From an uncultured Candidatus Saccharibacteria bacterium (lineage in GTDB: Bacteria > Patescibacteriota > Minisyncoccia > Phycocordibacterales > SBAW01), in contig CAYRHY010000005.1 in NCBI GenBank assembly GCA_964424235.1, positions 1 to 46,730 of the forward strand: 46,730 nt of DNA, in the 5' to 3' direction. Within the stretch, counting starts at the first letter, position 1; each line of letters begins with the position of its first letter. A program made the position numbers and the translations under genes. Positions 34,038 through 43,145 of the stretch are shown here, in pieces. The notes under the pieces are model-generated. The model was not told the origin of the DNA, made no database searches, and saw nothing but the letters and a program-made list of their open reading frames with translations.

Positions 34038-35720
34038 TTATTTCAGGTACTCCGGCTCATTTTGATGAAGCCACAGAAAAAACTGCCCCAGCGCCGCAGG
34101 ACTGCCCATGGTGGTGTGTCCGGGCCCACGTTCTAGCACCATAGCGTATGCATAGCGCGGGTGCTCATACGGGAAAAAGCCAATCATCCACGAATTAATA
34201 TACTCATTATGCATACCTACCTGTGCGGTACCTGTTTTAGCGGCTACATGCACGAAATCAAATTTCACCGCCGCAGCGATACCGTCAGTCACCCCATAAC
34301 GCATTCCTTCGCGCACTATCTGGAGCGCTGAGGAAGGGATATGGAGATCAACGCTCTGTGCGGTGGAACTGGCCACCAGTGTTGGGGTGAGTAATTTACC
34401 GTTATTTGCTATGGCAGCGGCAGCGCGCACTGCCTGTAGTGGTGTCACCTGCATACCATATTGCCCTATCGCGGTGTGATAGGTATCACCCACACGCCAG
34501 GTTGGGTCATCAGGAAAATATTTTGCCTTCCAAGCAACGGTAGGAATATTCCCTTCTTGGGTTGGAAAACCTTCTAGCCCTGGATCTTGCGCGAACCCAA
34601 ACAGGCGGAAGTATTTATCGAGCCGTTCAATACCAAGCCCCGGCTGGCCCTGGAACCCGCCTCCCACTTCGTAAAAATAAATGTCTGAGGAGTAGGCTAT
34701 CGCCTTACGTACATCAACCCAGCCGTTAGCGCGCCAGTCTTTAAATATTGAAGGGCGCTTAGGGTCATAGGGGTTTGGCAAGCTGATAGAACCCGTCGAG
34801 AGAATTTGTTTGTTAGGGTCGATGATACCTTCAGTGAGTGCCGCTGCCGCCACCACCGGCTTTACGATCGAACCTGGCGCATATAGACCACTCGTTGCTC
34901 GATTCAAAAATGGTCGGCGTGAATCCGTATTAATGGCGCGAAACGCTGTTGGGTCCCCTGCCTCAAGCGCGTTTTGCGAAAACTCTGGATAGCTCGTCAT
35001 AGCGATAATCTCCCCCGTTTGTATATCCATCACGACCGCTGCGCCACCTTGAAACTTCGAGTCTACTGCGCGCGCGGCGAGTGCGTCATAGAGCCCTTCG
35101 GTCATCTTCGCATCAATAGAGAGCGTCAGTTGTTGGCCCGGCTGTTGCGGTTGGGTGACGCTCTGGGCAACCACTTTCCCATGCGCGTCAGTTTGGGTGA
35201 GCTCCACACCGTTTGTCCCACCCAAGAGATCGTTGAATGCTTTTTCGGCACCATCGATACCAATAAACTCATTGCGATAGTAAGTACCACCCGAATCTTT
35301 GGCGGGCGGCTTCGCATACCCCACCACATGCGCAAGACCGCGCATGCCAACATACACGCGGCTAGCAAAATCGAGTGTGGAGGTGCCCATCTGAGTGCGC
35401 TCGTTGTATGCAAGTGCCAAGCCGGTACGGTCAGTGATAATGCCGCGGTCAGCAAACAAAATAGTTTGTGAAAGTTGATTGCGCTGTGCAAGGTCTGCAT
35501 AGTCAGCGCCGTGCACCACCTGCATAAAACCAGCGCGGGTAAGGAGGAGTATAAAAATGAGGGTTAAACTACCCCCCGCAAGCACAAACGAACGCCGACG
35601 CAGTGGCCGTTCGAGCCGACCCTCAAAACGATCTTTATCGAACTCTTGCGTTGAAGCATCAAGCAGAATTTCGTCAGGCGCTATTTCGTGGAGTTTTTTT
35701 CGCTTTTTGCGGCGTAACAT
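34038..35720 (-). CDS. mrdA: Penicillin-binding protein 2 (elongation transpeptidase)
   Basis: SIVK, SSD and KTGTAQ motifs. The start at MLRRKKRKK (35720) avoids overlap with the mreD-like gene. Confidence 0.8.
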   Translation of the reverse strand: MLRRKKRKKLHEIAPDEILLDASTQEFDKDRFEGRLERPLRRRSFVLAGGSLTLIFILLLTRAGFMQVVHGADYADLAQRNQLSQTILFADRGIITDRTGLALAYNERTQMGTSTLDFASRVYVGMRGLAHVVGYAKPPAKDSGGTYYRNEFIGIDGAEKAFNDLLGGTNGVELTQTDAHGKVVAQSVTQPQQPGQQLTLSIDAKMTEGLYDALAARAVDSKFQGGAAVVMDIQTGEIIAMTSYPEFSQNALEAGDPTAFRAINTDSRRPFLNRATSGLYAPGSIVKPVVAAAALTEGIIDPNKQILSTGSISLPNPYDPKRPSIFKDWRANGWVDVRKAIAYSSDIYFYEVGGGFQGQPGLGIERLDKYFRLFGFAQDPGLEGFPTQEGNIPTVAWKAKYFPDDPTWRVGDTYHTAIGQYGMQVTPLQAVRAAAAIANNGKLLTPTLVASSTAQSVDLHIPSSALQIVREGMRYGVTDGIAAAVKFDFVHVAAKTGTAQVGMHNEYINSWMIGFFPYEHPRYAYAMVLERGPGHTTMGSPAALGQFFLWLHQNEPEYLK

Positions 35721-35740
35721 AGCAGCACCAGTATAGCGCT

Positions 35741-36022
35741 TTAGATGCCGCTCGGCACGCGTGAGCGCAATAGCGGCAGACACACGGTGCGAACAAGAGT
35801 AATAATAAACACAAGTACCAACAGTGGCATACCCACATAGTAGAGCGCCCCAGTGGGCACCCCCCACAAGAGATCATTCACGCACGCGATACCCGCGGCC
35901 GCATACCCATATCCAAACGAAGCAAGCAGCAACACAGCAAGCACCGCAAAGAGCCACACATTGAGCCACCAGCTACAGACAAAAAGAAAAAGCGCTAACG
36001 CGTAGAGGATAAAACGTTGCAT
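35741..36022 (-). CDS. mreD: MreD-like small membrane protein (assigned by position)
   Basis: 93 aa, about 3 TM, between mreC and mrdA. Confidence 0.45.
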   Translation of the reverse strand: MQRFILYALALFLFVCSWWLNVWLFAVLAVLLLASFGYGYAAAGIACVNDLLWGVPTGALYYVGMPLLVLVFIITLVRTVCLPLLRSRVPSGI

Positions 36023-36023
36023 A

Positions 36024-36791
36024 CTATTTGGCTATCTCAACAAATCGTAATTCTTGTGCATTCGCTGGCAAGCGCATGTAGAGCGTGGTAAATGATTCGC
36101 CTTTTTTTGTAGTAACGGCAACCACTTTCGCAAGAAAACCACCGGCCACTCCTGGCAGCAAAATTGTATCGCCTACAGTAACAGCACTACCAATAGGCAC
36201 TTCAGCGGTCATAGTGCCACCTCCTTGCCCTTCAACAATCACGGGGACAGCAGGATGCGTGGTCGACTCCATAAGCATGCCTTGGTAGCTTTGCCCTGGT
36301 GCTGAGAAAAGTACGACGCGCGCCGTGTTCTCATACACCGCGTCTATCTCGCCGATCACTGTCGTGCCACCCGCATACACGAGCGCTGCGTCACTCACCC
36401 CCTGCATATGCCCTGCGTCTATCATGAGCGTGTCATACGGCACCGTGGGCGGGCGCGATACCACCGAAGCGAGAAGCGTACGTATAACACCGTCGCGCCC
36501 CATACGAGCCTTGAGCCCTAGGTTTTCTTGATACAGCAGGTCGCGATCAGCAAGCGCACTAGACGTGGAAGCAAGCTGTGCGCGCAGCGCTTCATTTTCA
36601 TGCGCAAGCGACGCACTAGTGCGCAGAGTGCCTACAACACCGGCAAACGGATTATGCGCCAACACTGGCGTCGCCACGCGCCACAGCATAGTGGTTAGCG
36701 TATGGCGCCACACTACTCCCACAATAAAGAGGAGCGCACAAAACACCAACACGCCAATATGCGATGTCCGGCTACGCGATATCCTCTTCAT
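36024..36791 (-). CDS. mreC: Rod shape-determining protein MreC
   Basis: TM plus coiled coil (LAHENEALRAQLAS), then a beta-rich domain; follows mreB. Confidence 0.8.
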   Translation of the reverse strand: MKRISRSRTSHIGVLVFCALLFIVGVVWRHTLTTMLWRVATPVLAHNPFAGVVGTLRTSASLAHENEALRAQLASTSSALADRDLLYQENLGLKARMGRDGVIRTLLASVVSRPPTVPYDTLMIDAGHMQGVSDAALVYAGGTTVIGEIDAVYENTARVVLFSAPGQSYQGMLMESTTHPAVPVIVEGQGGGTMTAEVPIGSAVTVGDTILLPGVAGGFLAKVVAVTTKKGESFTTLYMRLPANAQELRFVEIAK

Positions 36792-37824
36792 GCTCTAACA
36801 GTACATCCTTATAAAGTTCTAGGTTTTCCAGTACCACACCAGTACCGCGCGCTACCGCTGTGAGTGGATCGTCAGCAACAATAACCGGGACTTTAAGCCA
36901 CTGCGAGAGCAACTGGTCGAGCCCCTTAATGAGCGCTCCGCCACCCGTGAGCACAATACCTGAGTGCATAACATCAGAAAGAATCTCGGGCGGTGTTGTT
37001 TCAAGCACTTCGCGTACACTTTCAATAAGCGTGTCGATAGATTGTGAAATTGCTTCTCGAATATCAGAGTCTGTAAGCAAAATTTCGCGCGGAAGCCCTG
37101 TGATGAGGTCGCGCCCGCGCACGATAGCCTCGAGCCGACCACCATCTTCGGTAACTGAACCAATAGCGATCTTCACGCGCTCGGCGGTCTTCTCTCCAAT
37201 CAGTATTTTAAATTCAGAGCGCACATAACTTATGATGTCGTTATTAAGTTTATCACCCGCAACACGCAAATTTTTTGCGCGCACGATACCGCCGAGCGAA
37301 ATAACTGCGATGTCCGTGGTACCACCACCGATGTCTACCACCATACTACCCGCCGCGTCACGAATAGGAAGTCTGATACCGAGCGCGGCAGCCATCGGCT
37401 CTTCAATAATATGCACTTCGCGCGCGCCCGCGTTTTGCGCGGCATCACGCACTGCGCGCATCTCAACGTTAGTAATGCCCGATGGCACGCCGATGACCGC
37501 GCGCGGACCGAGAATTTTTCGTGATACGCCTTGTGCGCGTCGTATAAGATACGCGAGCATTTCCTCGGTGGCTTCGAAGTCAGAGACGACTCCGTCAACC
37601 AGAGGACGCACCGCGCTTAGGTGCCCCGGCGTGCGGCCCAGCATCTCTTTAGCGGCAGCACCCACCGCGACCACTTGACCGGTCTTAGTGTTCACTGCCA
37701 CGACCGAAGGCTCATTGACGACAATCCCCTTACCACGCAAATACACAAGTGTGTTGGCGGTACCTAAGTCGATGCCAACATCATTTGAAATTAACGGGAA
37801 GAATCTGTCGAGCGGATTTTTCAT
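36772..37824 (-). CDS. mreB: Rod shape-determining protein MreB
   Basis: VGIDLGTANTLVYLRGKGIVVNEPSVVAV ... DIGGGTTDIAVISLGG. Confidence 0.9.
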   Translation of the reverse strand: MKNPLDRFFPLISNDVGIDLGTANTLVYLRGKGIVVNEPSVVAVNTKTGQVVAVGAAAKEMLGRTPGHLSAVRPLVDGVVSDFEATEEMLAYLIRRAQGVSRKILGPRAVIGVPSGITNVEMRAVRDAAQNAGAREVHIIEEPMAAALGIRLPIRDAAGSMVVDIGGGTTDIAVISLGGIVRAKNLRVAGDKLNNDIISYVRSEFKILIGEKTAERVKIAIGSVTEDGGRLEAIVRGRDLITGLPREILLTDSDIREAISQSIDTLIESVREVLETTPPEILSDVMHSGIVLTGGGALIKGLDQLLSQWLKVPVIVADDPLTAVARGTGVVLENLELYKDVLLEHEEDIA

Positions 37825-39068
37825 GCAGTAAAGTGGCCAATGAGTTCAGAGATACTTTTGTGAGTAATATGCCCCGTGCCGCGTTCGACACACTCAAACT
37901 TACCAGCGGTAAGCGTTTTTTCAGAGACAACGATGCGCATCGGCATCCCCATCAGATCGCTGTCAGCAAACTTCTCGCCCGCACGCACATCGCGGTCATC
38001 CCACAACACTTCAACGCCAGCTTCGGTCAATTCGCGGTACAGCTCTGCCGCTTCAGCGCGCACATCGCTGCTCTCACTCGGGATTTCAACAAGGTGTACT
38101 TGGAACGGTGCTACTGTCTCGGGCCACACAATACCCTTCTCATCTGAAAGCGCTTCAACTATCACCCCCATGAGGCGCGTGATGCCGATACCGAAGCAAC
38201 CCATGATTGGGTGCTGCTCTTCACCCTGTGCATTCTTGAAAGTAAAACCAAAATCTTTAGCATATTTCACGCCAAGGTCGAAAATGTTCCCCACCTCAGA
38301 GGCTTTCGCGCGCTTGAGTGTGCCGCTGCCACAGCGGGTGCAGCCGTCACCTTCTTGCTCCTTCGTAATTTCAACATTCGCGCAGTAGGAACAAGTATCA
38401 CAGTATAGGATGTCATCTTCGCCCGCATCGGTGAGCACCATAAACTCGTAGGAGAGTTTAGTCGTGAACGCGCCACCAGAGGCTTCAGTCGCTTTTGCGA
38501 CCAGCCCCGCGCGCTCATACACGCGTAGGTATGCCTCTTTTGCGGTTTGATAAAAACGGTCAAAGTCTTCTTGCGTCTCATGGAAGGAGTACATGTCCTT
38601 CATGGTGAACTCGCGACCGCGCATAATGCCCGACTTGGCGCGCAGCTCGTCGCGATACTTCTGCCCTATTTGATAGATAGCAACTGGCAGATCTTTGTAT
38701 GACTCGATATATTCCTTCGCGATAGGGGTCACTATCTCCTCTTCGCTCTGCCCTACCGTATACTCTTTTTCGGTGCGGCTTTGGATTTTAAATACGACGT
38801 CAACATTGTCCCACGCGCCGGTTTGCTTCCACGGTTCTGAAGGATGGAGCGTTGCCATGCGCACCTCTTGACCACCGATCTTGTTCATCTCTTCGCGCAC
38901 AATCTTCTCGATCTTTTCCAAAACCAAACGGCCCAAAGGCAGATAGGAGTACACACCCGCCATCTCCTTGTGCACATAACCCGCGCGCACTAAAAGTTGC
39001 GCATTTTTCGAAACCTCGTCCTTGGGCGCCTCGCGGCGCGTTTTGCTAAATAGTTGGCTCTGTTTCAT
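37821..39068 (-). CDS. proS: Prolyl-tRNA synthetase, bacterial type, lacking the INS editing domain
   Basis: N-terminus and class II motifs align to bacterial ProRS. Only 415 aa; CDTCSYC...CTRC occupies the position of INS. Confidence 0.85.
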   Translation of the reverse strand: MKQSQLFSKTRREAPKDEVSKNAQLLVRAGYVHKEMAGVYSYLPLGRLVLEKIEKIVREEMNKIGGQEVRMATLHPSEPWKQTGAWDNVDVVFKIQSRTEKEYTVGQSEEEIVTPIAKEYIESYKDLPVAIYQIGQKYRDELRAKSGIMRGREFTMKDMYSFHETQEDFDRFYQTAKEAYLRVYERAGLVAKATEASGGAFTTKLSYEFMVLTDAGEDDILYCDTCSYCANVEITKEQEGDGCTRCGSGTLKRAKASEVGNIFDLGVKYAKDFGFTFKNAQGEEQHPIMGCFGIGITRLMGVIVEALSDEKGIVWPETVAPFQVHLVEIPSESSDVRAEAAELYRELTEAGVEVLWDDRDVRAGEKFADSDLMGMPMRIVVSEKTLTAGKFECVERGTGHITHKSISELIGHFTA

Positions 39069-39089
39069 ACATGTGTGCTAATTGGAGCC

Positions 39090-39118
39090 ATTGTACGGGA
39101 AAAGCGCGAGCAAAACAA
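39090..39118 (-). promoter_or_regulatory. proS operon promoter
   Basis: TTGTTT (39118-39113), N17, TACAAT (39095-39090); 21-nt leader. Confidence 0.45.
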
Positions 39119-39202
39119 AGGTACAGGTTTTCTTCAGGAAAAATATTGACCAGATACTGTTTTTATATTTAAATAATTTTAGACTTGAACCTTAGGTGCG
39201 TA

Positions 39203-39424
39203 ATGTACTATCACAAAAAGAAAAGAGACGCTACACAAAGGCAACACTCTCGGGCACAAATTTTGTGGAAGTTACGAGAACTCGATATGAAAGCACTATC
39301 GGATTTTCGGACTCACCCACCAGCCTTTCTTCTGGGTCCGCGCGTGAAGCCAATAATGCCGTTTAAGACGTTTTTAAAGACCTACCTTAATCAAGGATGT
39401 GGTCAAACTTATGGCTCGGGATAA
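39203..39424 (+). CDS. Hypothetical basic 73-aa protein (weak call)
   Basis: AGGTG lies 4 nt before the ATG. Upstream TTGACC-N18-TAAATA at 39146-39175. The stop lies inside the 39413-39435 hairpin. No recognisable motif. Confidence 0.25.
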   Translation: MYYHKKKRDATQRQHSRAQILWKLRELDMKALSDFRTHPPAFLLGPRVKPIMPFKTFLKTYLNQGCGQTYGSG

Positions 39425-39435
39425 TATCCCGAGCC
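39413..39435. terminator. 10-bp palindromic hairpin downstream of rseP
   Basis: GGCTCGGGAT-aat-ATCCCGAGCC; ATTCTCATTT follows on the plus strand. Confidence 0.55.
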
Positions 39436-39443
39436 ATTCTCAT

Positions 39444-40522
39444 TTATGCCCCGTGGATCCAGGAGGCAACATCGTTGAAAGTGATCACAATAGCCAGCAG
39501 AGCAATAAGTGCGAAACTCGCGACCGTGACGCGCGTGACCCATTTTTCATTGAGCGGCCGGCGGGTGATGCCTTCGATAGCTATAAAGAGGAGTCGCCCA
39601 CCATCGAGCCCAGGGATTGGGAAGACGTTGATGATAGCAAGGTTGATGGATATAAGTACCACAAGCAAAAGTCCGTAGTACCAACCTTCGTGCGCCACCT
39701 CTGCACCATAGCGCACAATACCAATCGGACCTTTCACCTCATCGAGACTCGCCTCACCTTTAAACGAGCTGCTGATAAGATCTCCAACTCCTTTGGTGGT
39801 GAGGATAGTGTAGTCAATAGTGCGCATACCTGCTTCAAGAACCGCGAGTGGCAACGAAAGTTTGAGTGTACCCACGTCATCAAGTGCTATCCCGAGCGCC
39901 TTGCGCCCTTCAATAATGCCGTCGGCAGGCTTTGCCAGCACGTGGAGCTCTTCCCTACCGCGCATGAGACTAATCACCATGCTCTGCTCGGCGTGCGCAC
40001 TAATAAATTGCTGGAGCTCTGTTGCGTTTGCTTGTGTGTGGAACGTTTCGGTACCCGTATCAACTCCTGTCACAATGTCACTCACTTTGATACCCGCCTT
40101 TTGCGCAGGGCTACCTGGCTTCACGTCAATGATGGTGACTTGTGCATTTTGCACCGTCCCAAAACCATCGTGCTCAACCGGTGACGGCACGCCTATCCAG
40201 TCAACAAATTAAAAATGATACCAGCGACGATGACCGCGGCCTGTATCCAGCGCGAGCGGTGCGAAAAGTTCTCCTTATTGAAATGGTGCGTATCGCCCGC
40301 CTCTTCAGGCGTCTCACCAAAAATTTTTACATAGCCCCCCACCGGTAAGAGGCCGAGGGTGTACTTCGTCTCACCAAACTTTTTTGAAAACAGGCGCGGC
40401 GGGAAGAAGATAGAAAATTCTTCGACGCGAATACCAAACGCTTTCGCAATAATAAAGTGCCCGAACTCGTGCACGAGAATAAGCCCGATAATGGAAAGGA
40501 TAATTATCGCAACAGTCATCAT
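39444..40522 (-). pseudogene. rseP: RseP/RasP-type site-2 metalloprotease (M50) interrupted by a frameshift
   Basis: The N-terminal ORF (40522-40193) carries HEFGH. The C-terminal ORF (40190-39444) carries the PDZ domain and NVFPIPGLDGG. They are in different frames, and the frame change must fall within 40191-40206. Confidence 0.8.
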
Positions 40523-40555
40523 GATTATCCTAGTATAGCAGAGCTGAAGGCAGCA

Positions 40556-41107
40556 TTAGCCAACAATCTCCTTTTCTTTGCGCGCGAGCGCATCATCAAA
40601 CGTCTTATTGGCAGCATCGATGCGCTTTTGCATCTCATCTTTGAAGCGAAACTTTTCGTCTTCGGTCACTTCGCCGTCGCGCTCCTTCTTTTGGATATCT
40701 GACCAGACGTCGTCTCGAGCACCACGCAAGCTCGTGCGAGCTTCTTCAACCTTTTCCTTCGCTAACTTCAGCATCGTCGTGCGGCGCTCGCTGGTAAGCT
40801 CAGGGAAGAATACGCGCACGCCCTTTTCATCCATACCAACCGAGAGGCCGAGGTTCGCAACCGTGATCGCTTTTTCAATCTCCTTGCTCTGTGAAGAGTC
40901 CCATGGCGTGATGCGCAGAGTGCGCGCATCCTCAACAGAAATAGTCGCCACTTGGTGGATAGGCATGCGGCTGCCATAGCTTTCAACTTGAACACTATCG
41001 AGAATACTTGGCGCAGCACGGCCAGTGCGCACGCCCGACATTTCGCGCCCAAGCCGCTCCGTAATATCAACTATCTTCTTTTCGAGTGGTTTAAAATCGT
41101 ATGCCAT
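40556..41107 (-). CDS. frr: Ribosome recycling factor
   Basis: MSGVRTGRAAPSILDSVQVESYGSRMPIHQVATISVEDARTL. Confidence 0.9.
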   Translation of the reverse strand: MAYDFKPLEKKIVDITERLGREMSGVRTGRAAPSILDSVQVESYGSRMPIHQVATISVEDARTLRITPWDSSQSKEIEKAITVANLGLSVGMDEKGVRVFFPELTSERRTTMLKLAKEKVEEARTSLRGARDDVWSDIQKKERDGEVTEDEKFRFKDEMQKRIDAANKTFDDALARKEKEIVG

Positions 41108-41219
41108 AGATACGTATTAGATTAGAGCAATCCCATTGCAAAAACAAGCAGTAAAAAGCTGGCCAATCAAGTTTCGTTTAGCGATGGCCTTCTCAAACTA
41201 CCGGGGTAACGGTCTGCCT

Positions 41220-41915
41220 TCATAAAACACGAAATTTCTTCGCGGCGGGTGGATAGATTTTGACCAAAGGATCGCGGGTGGTGTCATAGACGCGCGCGGG
41301 GGCGAGGTAGCGGCCGTAGTGGATGATGCGGTGCGTGATACTCCCCCACTCTTTTTTTGGCACCAACTGCATTAAATCTCTTTCGATGCGCACCGGGTCT
41401 TTGTAGTCGGAGAGGCCAAAGCGCTGCACAAAGCGGATAACATGCGTGTCGACCGTGATACCCGCCACCACATTAAACGCCTCTTTTAATACTACCGTGG
41501 CTGTCTTGCGTGCAACGCCAGGGAGCCTCAAAAGCTCCTCTATCGTCTTGGGCACCTCGCCACCAAACCCACCGTCTTTTTTACTTTTTTCAATTAGTGC
41601 AGCGGCAGCTAAAATATTCTTCGCCTTTGCGTGATAGTAGCCACAGGACTTAATCATCTGCTCAAAGTTGGCAATACCTTTAGCACTCTTCCCTGCACGT
41701 ACATAATCTTTCGGGACTTTATATTTTTTGAAAAGCTGCGCAGTAATTTTATTCACCATCTTGTCCGTGCACTGCGCCGACAGCTGCACTGCGACCAACA
41801 GCTGCCACGGCGTTTCGTAATCGAGTTCAATCTTTGCGTTTGGAAACAACTTCTTGAGCTCCCTATCGAGCTTTGCGAGCCGCTCTTTTCGTTCAGCTAA
41901 CTTTTTGGGTGTCAT
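41220..41915 (-). CDS. nth: Endonuclease III-like HhH-GPD glycosylase without Fe-S cluster cysteines
   Basis: LLVAVQLSAQCTDKMVNKIT, LPGVARKTATVVL, VDTHVIRF. ATGA overlap with the upstream gene. No Cys in the C-terminal 60 aa. Confidence 0.8.
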   Translation of the reverse strand: MTPKKLAERKERLAKLDRELKKLFPNAKIELDYETPWQLLVAVQLSAQCTDKMVNKITAQLFKKYKVPKDYVRAGKSAKGIANFEQMIKSCGYYHAKAKNILAAAALIEKSKKDGGFGGEVPKTIEELLRLPGVARKTATVVLKEAFNVVAGITVDTHVIRFVQRFGLSDYKDPVRIERDLMQLVPKKEWGSITHRIIHYGRYLAPARVYDTTRDPLVKIYPPAAKKFRVL

Positions 41916-43141
41916 ACTCGAGCACGGCGCTGAAGTGAAATAATACTCCAAGCGCCAATAAACGTAACCAAAAGAGCAGCCGCGAGCATATAGAGCCCCG
42001 CTGAAAGTGTTGCATGTGTGTCACCAAACACAAAAATAACACAGAGAAAGAGTAGCCCGGCGAGACAGCGCCATATCCACAAGAAAAAGTCGCGCAGCAG
42101 CATGGTCGCATAAAAATCTGACCCCTCTTTGCCAATCTCCATCGAGTCGAGGTCTACTACATGCGAAGACACATGCTGAATTGGTGAGAGAACCGCTTGT
42201 ACCACGGTGTAAATCACAAGCGCAACAAATGTGAACGCATATCCATACCACACCGTGACCCCGAAAATACCAAGCGTGGTTACCCCATAGAGCAGGGCTC
42301 GATTAGTATCCGTGCGGTAGCGCGCAATAACAAGCAAACACACTGCTGAAAAGAGCGCGAAGACAGTATCAAAAAGGCCGACACGCAACGCCGAACCCAA
42401 GATGAGTAACATCACTAGCGGTGGCACCGAAACCCCCAACATTTGCTGCACGCCAGTACCAAACGTATAGAGATGAGCTGCTTGGTTTTTTCGATCGGTA
42501 AAAAAATGTCGAACATCGGCCCATAGGATGGGTTTTGGCCGATAGTCTGCAAGATATGCAAAACAAAAGAACCCTAAACAGTAGATTGCTGGCGCTATAG
42601 TAAACAAAAGTGTAAAGGTCCCGAAGTGGAGTACGCTCCCCGAGAGCCAAATGAGTATAGTCGCGCACGCCGGCCCAAGCAGAGAGAGAACTTGATTGCC
42701 CGCATTTAGCACAGAGGAGTAAAAATCGCGCTCCAAACGCTTTGTCTCTGAGAGCTCAAAAGTGTTTACCGTTAACCAAAAAATACCCTGCCCAAAACCC
42801 CACAAGAGCATAGCGCTGTATGCCTCAGCGGTCGTTGTTACGAAAAGAAACGAGAAGAGCGCAGCACTGCTTATGATAAAACTCCAAAGGAATCCCTGTT
42901 TAAGATTCAGCTGATACTTGGCTGCAAAAAAACCAGGAACACAAAACCCAAGCATGATGCCTGTGTAAAAAAGTATTGTTGCGAGGATATTGAGCGTAAT
43001 ACTTGTAAATTTTTGGTACAGGAAGATTTGCGTGAACACACCAATAACACTCCCGGTAAAAGCTTGTATCCAATACACATACACGAGCGCATGGAGAGAT
43101 GCCCGCATTGATCTAAATTGTCGTAGCATATCTGCAAACAT
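41912..43141 (-). CDS. Polytopic membrane transporter, MFS-like
   Basis: About 12 predicted TM helices; no soluble domain. Confidence 0.55.
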   Translation of the reverse strand: MFADMLRQFRSMRASLHALVYVYWIQAFTGSVIGVFTQIFLYQKFTSITLNILATILFYTGIMLGFCVPGFFAAKYQLNLKQGFLWSFIISSAALFSFLFVTTTAEAYSAMLLWGFGQGIFWLTVNTFELSETKRLERDFYSSVLNAGNQVLSLLGPACATILIWLSGSVLHFGTFTLLFTIAPAIYCLGFFCFAYLADYRPKPILWADVRHFFTDRKNQAAHLYTFGTGVQQMLGVSVPPLVMLLILGSALRVGLFDTVFALFSAVCLLVIARYRTDTNRALLYGVTTLGIFGVTVWYGYAFTFVALVIYTVVQAVLSPIQHVSSHVVDLDSMEIGKEGSDFYATMLLRDFFLWIWRCLAGLLFLCVIFVFGDTHATLSAGLYMLAAALLVTFIGAWSIISLQRRARV

Positions 43142-43145
43142 ACCT

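Noticed and set aside
40190-40195. Stop-codon reassignment or TAG read-through as an explanation for the split rseP.
   Set aside because: TGA, TAA and TAG all terminate well-conserved genes in this window. Reading through the TAG in frame hits another stop after 23 codons and yields no RseP-like sequence. Only a frame change reconnects the halves.
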